Assembly: GCF_000315625.1 (NCBI RefSeq)
Contig: NW_005434660.1
Span: 742,738 to 806,737 of the forward strand
Source: Guillardia theta CCMP2712
Taxonomy: Eukaryota; Protista; Cryptophyta
Direction: 5' to 3'
DNA: 64,000 nucleotides
Shown here piece by piece: positions 50,451 through 64,000 of the stretch. Positions within the stretch are counted from its first letter, which is position 1. Each line of letters starts with the position of its first letter. Made by a program: the position numbers and the translations under genes. Below the pieces are notes generated by a model. It did not search any database, was not told the DNA's origin, and saw only the letters and a list, made by a program, of their open reading frames with translations.

Positions 50451-53237
50451 CATAGCGTTGTCGGGTCAAGGAACTTGCTGACAATTGGGATTTGTACCAG
50501 ATCCAGGCGTTTCCCAGTACAAAATTGTGTGTGAGTAAAAAATCCAAGGATTGGAAGGTTTGAAAATCCATTTCCAGCGCTGCAAGTTCAACGGCAACCG
50601 GGGGTAATTGAGAGCTTAGATAAGTAAACAATCGTTCCTATTTGTCTTTGGATAGGGTCACATAGCGCTTGTATAGTGGAGTAATGATTTGTACCAGAAA
50701 CTGATGGGTAGGCGTGGTAGTATTTCAAATATTCGAACCCAACGGACGCGACAGGGGGGTGGGGGGTACAGGTCTTGGTCTGGTACTGTAATGGGTGCCT
50801 TTTAAAATACATTTAGCAGAGGGTGTCTCCCTCCCCATCTCCCTGCCCTCCACACTTGCGCATCCCTATCCTTCCCTGTCCATGAGGCTCAGACTCTCGT
50901 CAGACCTTCCCTGATGACCCTCAACTTTCTTTGACGCTTCTGTCTGCCTTGTCCTTCCTCAACTTGCTGGAAATTCAAACTCTGAAACCATGCCCATGAG
51001 TTGACAAGCACTGAGTTTCTCAGTTTGAATGCGGGAGGAAAGATGATTCATGGAATGAAACTCAGGTGTGCATATTTCAAGCTGATGGATACGAGTCGTG
51101 TAGCACTGGCAAATGACTGTCATTTTACTTCTCAATGATACAGCATCAAGAACTTGCTCTCGATCCATCAGTACTTGCAAAGGGTCATTTTTCAGACAGA
51201 ACTTCGAGTTCATCTTTATTTGCGTCGATCCACACGATGACATCTGTCTGATACACTATGTTTGATGAATAGTAAGAAAGAAAGGCTGAACTGTGCACCG
51301 CTTGACTGAATTTTCTACAATACTCTTCAATTGTGTAAGAGAGCATGTCACATGTAATCATACCAGGCAAACAAGTCACAGTATCGCTCCAAACCGCGTT
51401 GTGCTTGAAACTGAGGCTCTACATGAAGATGTTATCGGACTAGTCGATTGATGTACAACTTTATGGTGATACGTGGTTTAGAACTGTTGCAAAGCGGACA
51501 TGGGAATATGTAGCGGCCTAGGTGATGTTTTCAACGTATTTCAATAAAACAAAGCCAAGTTGTTGCTAACAACATCATCATTTCTCCATGAGCCTGCATG
51601 ACCTGATGTACATGTTAGAGAAGTCGATGCTCATTCATCAAAAGAGTGGTTAGACAAGAAATTGGTAGATACTTCTGCGCAGCATTCTTGTGTATGTGGA
51701 ATCGTGCACACTCACCGTCGTGTGGAAGTGTTTGCACATTCTTCTGCGCAAGTCTCATACATTGTCCTTATCATCTGGAATGGTTGACTTTCGCTGCAAG
51801 TAATATGAGCAGCGCAAAGTTGGCAAACTTATCCATATGGTTGGAATGCCGGCGATGCATTGCAGCCTGCATAGCACCTGAGCGCTTTGTTCCACTTATC
51901 GCTTGGTTCCAAGCAATTGATGATATCGCAGCATGCAACTCGCATTGGCCCAAGGGTGTCAAGCGAGGAAAAGATCAGGATGATGGAAGGGCGAGAATGC
52001 AGCGAATAAGAGAAGCTGGTCAGGCTCAGTTTACTTTGTGTAAGAAAATGCCAATGCTTTGTACATGTTAGGTTACAAAGAAAGAGGCAAGAAAGCTCAG
52101 GTATGAGACTCGAGAAGAAAGATTTATTCAAAAGGGTATGTCCATTTTCGTCTGCATGATTCAATCGGATCTATCATGAATTAACTGCTCCTGATACCAT
52201 GTCAGTCTAGTCAAAACAAAGATATCAGCACCTTGAAAATTTCTTGCTTCGACTCGAGGTGAAGGAAATGAAATATGATTTACAATGCTATAAGGGGTAT
52301 CGTTTTGTCGCTCAAAAGCGTCTTGATTGTAAGTCATCAAATGGAACACGACATGCAATCAATTTGCAAGTCATGCCTTCATGTGGTACCTCATCACTGC
52401 TATTTGATGAATGCACTGGTATTCCTTGAAACTCTTTACATGCCTTGGCAATACTCTTGCATATTGCTCAGAACGCCCTCAAGCCCGACTCTTTGCAGCA
52501 GATTCCTATGAAATAAGTATAGATCATGCTGTCTCCGTGACATGCTTCATGACTTCCTACTTATTGCTCATGAGAGTCAATGTCATCCATCGTACAGCGC
52601 CACTAGCGGACGGTCCGTGCAGAGTACTCCTTATTCAAGCTGCTAAAATCTATGATGATCAACCCTCTTTACATGTGTTTGCAATCACAGAGATGTTTTC
52701 AGACTGCTGCGCTCACACCAGATTCTGCAAGGATTGCCTCTGCTTGTCCTCGTCTGGGCTCTCCTGCTGCAGACGAGTCACGTCTGCGTAACATTCACTT
52801 GCTAACCTTGGATATGCAACCAGGGAAGGGAAGGGGCAAGGGTTGAGAGCTCCCTCTGATCTACAAGGGTGGTCTATGTTGGTCGGAGGCAGGGTAGGGT
52901 CCAAAACTTGACCCCATCGGAGAAGGCACTTTCACTGGGAAACAGGTGGGTCCAAAGCATCATAGTCTGAACAGGGGAGGTACCGCATAAACTATTTTGG
53001 TACAAGTTTTCCTAACAGTACTCTATATGTACCATAAAAATGGTACTGTTGGTACAATTATTTGCTACCAGGAAGTACCCTACCCCCTTGAACAGGTCCC
53101 AACCAATTTGAATCAGCTCCCAGCCGTCTGACCCACCCCAGACCCCAACTGCCATTTGCTATTCACATATGTGGAAGGATACCCCCACAGAAAACTATTG
53201 GAAACCAGAGGGGTCAGTTGAGAGCGACAACGCTATG
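50451..53237 (-). mobile_element. 2.8 kb TIR element (CATAG...CTATG) copy 2, inverted relative to copy 1
   Basis: Same 13-bp TIR, with an interior collinear with 27941-30733 apart from scattered substitutions and small indels. Flanked by C on both sides. Confidence 0.9.
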
Positions 53238-53555
53238 CCGGACGGCAGTGCGGCGGCAGTGACTCGGCCGCGAGGAGGCTCGGGCCGGCGGTCAGTGACT
53301 CGGCACTAATCGGACCGTACGGCCCGGCCCGACCCACCTCGGACTGCGGCAGTCCGGATTCACTGTCACGGTGTGCCGCCGCCGCCGGCCCGGGCGGCCG
53401 CCGGGCGGCCGCGGTGAATGTACCACCCGAGGCGGGCTCTGGCCATCATTTCTCTTTTTTGTTCTTTTTTGTTCTTTTTTTACTGGTACTGCCGCTCAAA
53501 CTTTGCTCAACTTGAGACGGTACTACCTCAACTGCGCTGCCGCTAGGCAGGAAGG

Positions 53556-54961
53556 ATGAGAGGGACGGGGACCAAGAGGAGCGGGAGGGAGCACAGCAAT
53601 GGCGACAGGAAGCCGGAGGATGAGCAGAGAAAGAAAATACGTCAAGGAAAGGCAACTGAGCGAGCAGCGCAGAAGAAGCTCATTGACCGCCTTGACACGC
53701 TTGTTCCTGTTGCTGCTGTGCCAGGCAGGTTTCTCAACGGCGGCCTCCGATCCAAACGAACGACAGTGCAGCTCTACGAGGACTGTGTCAACCACTGCAG
53801 GCAGCTCCAGGACCCACATCGCGCTGATCCAGGAGGGGCACAAGAAGGGAAACATGGGTCCAGGGGACGGGGGGAAGGTGCAGAAGCACAAGGGCTTGAC
53901 CCGAGTGGGAGGTTGCCGTGGGTGTCAGGGCAGGAGCTGATGGAAGCCTGTCTGAGCAGCAGCAGGGAGAGGCTGCTGGTTGTGGAGCTGCCTGAGTGGA
54001 CGGTGGTAGAGATGAGCGCGAGGCTGCGGCAGGACTTTGCGAGCGCTGCGTTTGAGGGCGACCTGGTAATTCGTTGATACGCCTGAGCGCTTGTGCGTTG
54101 TGTGAGTGAGCGATGCATGGGGTGGGGAAGGGAAGGTGGCGAGATGGGGATGTAGGTCGGGGAGGTGGGATGACTGATGGGTATGGACATCGATGGGTCG
54201 CGCAGCCTGCATACTTGGTTGCTAGCTTGACCTTGATCTTGTCTTTCCTCGTTCTCATCTCTCGTATCTCGGATTCTTCCCTCAACTCACCCGTGCTCTG
54301 CCATCCCCTCCCCTCCCCTCCCCAGTCTTTCCTTATCTGCCTCGTTGTCCTCGCCCTCTTTTGCGTCTTCTTGCTCTGACCTCGATCTCGCTGTGCTGCA
54401 TGCTGGCTGTGCTCGCTCGGTTGTGCATGTCGGCGGGTGAGTCTGGTGGTGTCAGATCGGTCAGAGCTTCGGGCACCTGGTGGACTTTGACAGCTTGAAC
54501 GCCCTGCGGTCCTTCAGCAAGGTTATGAGTCTTCGGCAAGGAGACGTCAGCTCCCTGTCGCTGGTGATCACCGTGCGGACGTTCCGGAGCAAGTCGGTGG
54601 TGGAGCGGCGGATGAGGATGACGACGCTGCATGCGAGGGCGGCGGGGAGGTCGATCTTCATGCTGGAGGCTGGCGAGGAGAGCCGGGGAGGAGGCGGGAG
54701 GGAGGAGGAGGAGGAGCCGGACTGGAACAGGAGGGACATGATGGGGTATAGCGGGTGCTTTGGGTATGACTTTGGGCGGTCGACGTCGACGCCTTATGAC
54801 TTTGATCGGGCCATCTATGAGGTGCAGAGAGAACCGCGGTAAGAGCTGCTGTTGTTGCTGCTGCTGCTCCTTCCCATGCTCCCGTCCCTGCTTCTGCCCC
54901 CGCACCTGCTCCTGCTCCTGCTCCTGCTCCTGCCCCTTCACTTGCCCTTGCTTCAATCCTA

Positions 54962-54993
<32 letters not shown>

Positions 54994-55047
54994 TTTGCCC
55001 CTTCATCTGCCCCTTCACTTGCCCCTGCCCCAATCCTGCTCCTTCTT

Positions 55048-55100
<53 letters not shown>

Positions 55101-56554
55101 TCTGCTCCCTGATCTTCCCTTTCTTCCTTCTGCCGCCTGCCGCGTGCCTTCCCTTCCCTCCCTTCCTGTCCGCCTGCTGGCTGCAGACTCCTTTCCAGAC
55201 AGTTTCCTTCTTCCTTCCTCGTGCGGCTATGGGCTCTCCTCTTCGGTCCTCAGCCTGCCGCTGGCTGCCTCCTCTCCTCTCCCTTCCGCCTGCTCTTAGC
55301 AGCTTCTCGTTTCCTCGAGCCCTCTCGCTGCTGTCAACCACCAGCCGGGCCAGGGGACATGCTTGCTGGTCTGACCGTCAGTCGTCAGATCGGTGACCAT
55401 GATGTCGATGATTCTCCCTAAGCTGCAGTCGGAAGCTTCATCCAGCGCCGTCATCGATCGAGTTGCTTCCACCTCGGCGATTAGTGAGCACGAAGAACCA
55501 GTGAGATGGCAAGGCTGACGATGTACAGACGCTCTGCAGAAGACGCTTTACTCTTTCATCCTGTCTCATCATGAGCTGCAAATCATGTTTGACAACAAGA
55601 CAGCCCACGAGATACCGTTTGCAGTCTTTCTGCGGCTGAAGCTTCCGCTGGTGAGAGCTGCTTGGTGCTTGGATGGTCGCATTGCTTGCTCTCGTGCTCG
55701 CTTGCTGTGCTGCCTGTGTGTAGTCGGTCGCTCTCGCTCTCTTAACGTCACCTCGTCTCGCCCTCGCTCTCTGGTGATGGGAGCTGGTGGCAGTCACTGG
55801 GAGGATACCGGTCGCCGTGGGTGAAGGTGGTGGAGGCGAGTCTCAACGGCACCTTGTGCGGCTCCTTCTCAGGTGAGCGACTTGCCGGGGGCATGCGGCG
55901 ACTGACGGGGAAGCAGGACACAATCAGCGAGGGGCTCTTCATGCTCACTGGAATCAGAGCAGGGCTGAAATCAAGTTGACTCTCTTCATGATGAACACTG
56001 CGGGGTGAGAGGATCAAATGACGTTGAGAGCTTGCTGGCAGCTGCCTGCCTGGTAATCTGATATCGATGACAACAACATGCAGGAAGATCATTCACACGA
56101 GGACGTGGCGAATATTTGCAGGAGGAGACATCTGGCAAGAGGGGCAGGTCGAGCATTTCTCCTCCTGCTCCTCCTCTCCTCCTCCTTTGCCTCCCTCCAC
56201 CTCCTGCTCCTCCCCCTTTTCCTCGTCCTCTCCCTCCTCTCCTCCTCTTCCTTTCCTTGAAACTCTTTTATCCTCGTCCTCATCCTCGTCCTCTGCTTGC
56301 CACATCTCCCACCGACCTCGATCCGTCTCTTCCTCGCGCTCTTGGGTCCCTGGGGTCGCTGACACGAGTCTGTGCGGCAGGTGTACAGGAGCATCATGGA
56401 GGTAGGGAGGAGGAGCAGAGGTCTGGTCGATGGAGAGCTGAAGTCTGTGCAGGAGCCCTTCGTGTACAAGTACGTCCTGAAGCGAGTTGGTGACGTCGAT
56501 CGGGCGCTACAGGCGGACTGGCTGTTACAGCATGCGGAGGAGAGTGAGGTGTAG
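53556..56554 (+). CDS. Divergent bHLH-PAS-like protein, copy R, multi-exon
   Basis: Basic-helix RQGKATERAAQKKLIDRLDTLVP, loop, helix KRTTVQLYEDCVNHCRQLQ. PAS-like LLVVELPEWTVVEMSARL...IGQSFGHLVDFDSLNAL. The final exon ends HAEESEV*. The domain assignment is by pattern only. Confidence 0.6.
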
Positions 56555-56896
56555 ATATGTAAATTTTGTTTTACTTTGCAAGTGAATGATACGCTGAATA
56601 TTTCCTGAGAACGACTCCAATCTGGACGTGAGCACCCAGGCAGATTCGATCCAGATTTGTTGTTTGTTTTTGGTTTGACAGACAGAAGCTTCGAGTTCTC
56701 TTTGTATGTTTATTACTGAGGAAAGAAAAAATACAGCACAGAGACGAGCTCAGGAGAATATTTACTTTCCGACCCTCTTGACGACGCCGGTGTAGTCGCC
56801 ATCGATTCCCTTAGCCTGGTAGGAGAGGAACTCCTGGAGCTTCTTCTCAGCCAGGGTGAGGGAGGCCTCAACCTTGGTGCTGGCGACCTTGACGCA
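53652..56896. repeat. Right arm of inverted segmental duplication (partner 46343-49400)
   Basis: See left arm. The outer boundary falls inside the cpeA coding sequence. Confidence 0.92.
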
Positions 56897-57163
56897 CATC
56901 TCGTCGTCAGAAGTTCCGGCCTTGGCGCCGGCATACTCCTTGGGAGCGCGGCTGCATCCCCTGTGATCGAAGATGGTGATCTCAGGAGCGCGCGCAGACT
57001 TATCCATCTTTGCTCCAGCAGGGAGGGAACCGAGGAAGGGAGTGACCGCAGCAGCAGCAGCTCCAGCCTGGACAACTTCCCTGCGTCCGGCGAGGGACAT
57101 GGAGGGAGAGAAGGCGGCAGCAGAGGCCACAAGACCGGCAAAGGCGACGGAGCGCGCGAGCAT
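56762..57163 (-). CDS. cpeA: Cryptophyte phycoerythrin alpha subunit (long form), with signal + transit + TAT lumen leader
   Basis: Signal ending AAA-F, twin-arginine RREVVQAG...AGA cleavage site, mature KMDKSARAPEITIFDHRGC with the bilin-binding Cys, DDEMCVKV, and a C-terminal extension. Confidence 0.96.
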   Translation of the reverse strand: MLARSVAFAGLVASAAAFSPSMSLAGRREVVQAGAAAAAVTPFLGSLPAGAKMDKSARAPEITIFDHRGCSRAPKEYAGAKAGTSDDEMCVKVASTKVEASLTLAEKKLQEFLSYQAKGIDGDYTGVVKRVGK

Positions 57164-57195
57164 GGCGAGGATAGAGTAAGGGGCAACCCTGTAGC

Positions 57196-57203
57196 TTTTT
57201 ATA
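57196..57203 (-). promoter_or_regulatory. TATA box of cpeA
   Basis: TATAAAAA on the minus strand, 33-40 nt upstream of the cpeA ATG. Confidence 0.6.
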
Positions 57204-58243
57204 GCCGGAAAGTCGGGGCTGCCTACACGGGTATATTTGATGGGATATTCAGGGGTAGTCTCATCAGGGGTACTGAATTCAGTGGGGTGGGGTGATGACA
57301 TGTTTCATGTTGGGGTCATAATTCTGCGAGGGTACAAGTATCTGATGTTGGACCCCTAGTAAATAAAGAAAATGTTTATCAAAAGGACGGGTACTTGAAG
57401 AAAGAAATCTCTGTTCTAGAAGGGTGGGTGGAGACGTGTAGGTAGGGTACAAGGGACTCATGTAATAAAGTTTTAACTGGGTGGGGTCCTTCGAATTCGA
57501 TTCTGCAATATCGAGTAGGAGGGTGGGGTACCATGATGATTGAAACAGGCTCATTGGAAGGGGTACTTCATAGGATCGACAACGGGTGGTCAAGTGATAT
57601 TTCAAAAAGATTTGATAGGGTGCAAAAATTAGGCGACTGGGGTGGTTTTAAATTGTACGGGGACCGGTCCTATTCCATTCCATGCAAACCTCGGTAAAGG
57701 TGGTAGGGTCAGCTGTATGCGACTATTAATAAGGCTAAAATGTTGTAGCATCCGGAACAGACCCTGCATTTTACAGTAATAAAGTTTTAATAAATCATAT
57801 TTTCAGTACCCTCAACAACTACAATATTGTATTCAATTTTTCTTGTACAATAAGATAGGGGTCAATCGTCTACAACTGATATTAAAAATACAAAATATTA
57901 TAAGCATGTGACTACCTGTACACCTTGAAAAAGTTATTATTTATAATACTTTTAGTTGCGCACAAAACCCATCACAAATCCGGAGTTACGGCCGTTGACT
58001 ACCCAGCGTGGCGGGCCAGCCCCTACATGGTCGCAGCTCTAGTTGACTGCCAAGTTGAGTAAATTAGCCAGTCGGAGTGAGCGTGGGGCCGGGCCACCGG
58101 GCCGTGTCGGGCCAGCCCTGTTCCCTTATTAACTTTGAGTAAAGATTTCTGTAAAGATTTGTTCCCACCATGTGCACTGGCCATGTGCCATCACGCCATG
58201 CGCTTTTGATGCCGGCGGGGCGATAAAGGCCTGAGACAAGGTC

Positions 58244-58377
58244 TCCTCCTCCTCCTCCTCCTCCTCCTCCTCGTTGACCTCGACCTCGACCTCGACCTCG
58301 TTCTCCTCCTCCTCCTCCTCCTCCTCCTCCTCCTCCTCCTCCTCCTCCTCCTCCTCCTCCTCCTCCTCCTCCTCCTT
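58244..58377. repeat. (TCC)n with (CTCGAC)n interruption
   Basis: Direct inspection. Probably in a 5' UTR intron of the HELLS gene. Confidence 0.9.
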
Positions 58378-58619
58378 CATTGTTTCATTCCTACATCTTT
58401 CTCTATCCATCTCCTGCAATTCCCCTCGCCCTCATCTCCTCCCCACCTCTCGCACTCTTCTCCCCCCCCCTTCCCGTCACCTCCTGTCCTGCATACTTTC
58501 ATGATGCTGAACAGCGCTGTTTCTTTCATCCTTCTGAGGGATTCCTGGTCCTATGAGACTGAGTCCCTCCACCAGGCCTCCTTTCTTCATCCTGCAGCAG
58601 GCTCGATCGGGTTTGTCGG

Positions 58620-63700
<5,081 letters not shown>

Positions 63701-63822
63701 AGGAAGGAGGAGGCAAAAAACTGTCCTGAGGTTAACAATCTTTTCCTCATGTATCTTACACTTTCATTAACATCTCACAACCTCTTCCTTGTCTTATCGT
63801 ACATCTTCCCTTATCATACACC

Positions 63823-64000
63823 TCACCACACAGGCTGCAGGTCACCATGGCTGATCCTGTCCTGCCCGTCCAGCCCCTGCCCCAAGTCCCCTCCCCTCAT
63901 CTCGACATATGAGCCCCCAGCTATGCATTGCATCAGCATCGCCATGAAATCGTCGCTCTGAACCGGAAGAGACTTTCCGCTCTCCTGCCGCCACAGCGCT
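63823..64000 (-). CDS. 3' end of an unknown gene entering from the right edge
   Basis: Open frame ALWRQESGKSLPVQSDDFMAMLMQCIAGG...LQPVW*, convergent with HELLS. Confidence 0.3.
   Translation of the reverse strand, partial: ALWRQESGKSLPVQSDDFMAMLMQCIAGGSYVEMRGGDLGQGLDGQDRISHGDLQPVW

Noticed and set aside
56762-57301. 179-aa extended cpeA ORF from 57301
   Set aside because: The signal peptide begins at ATG 57163, and a TATA box lies inside the extension.

Overview
This is eukaryotic nuclear DNA from a cryptophyte alga (Guillardia/Hanusia-like). The basis is a nuclear cpeA phycoerythrin alpha gene, bipartite plastid-targeting leaders, and many short GT-AG introns with CTGAC branch points, often filled with microsatellites. 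About 18 genes were reconstructed by eye across introns. They include USP7, a DHHC palmitoyltransferase, a D-box/TM/PH protein, a plastid ankyrin protein, a CDCA7-like zinc finger, plastid RRF, mitochondrial enoyl-CoA isomerase, a Lag1 ceramide synthase, an ARM-repeat protein, a double-bHLH factor, a receptor-like RING E3, two inverted bHLH-PAS-like paralogues, cpeA and HELLS/DDM1. Mobile DNA comprises two Harbinger-type MITE families (three copies) and two copies of a 2.8 kb CATAG...CTATG TIR element with an apparent 1-bp TSD. A ~3.1 kb inverted duplication flanks the second copy of that element and carries a truncated cpeA. The best lead is a HELLS/DDM1 chromatin remodeller with a signal-peptide-like leader ending in the ubiquitin C-terminal motif LRLRGG, which suggests import to the periplastid compartment or nucleomorph. 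Exon boundaries and starts are manual and approximate, and no database searches were run.
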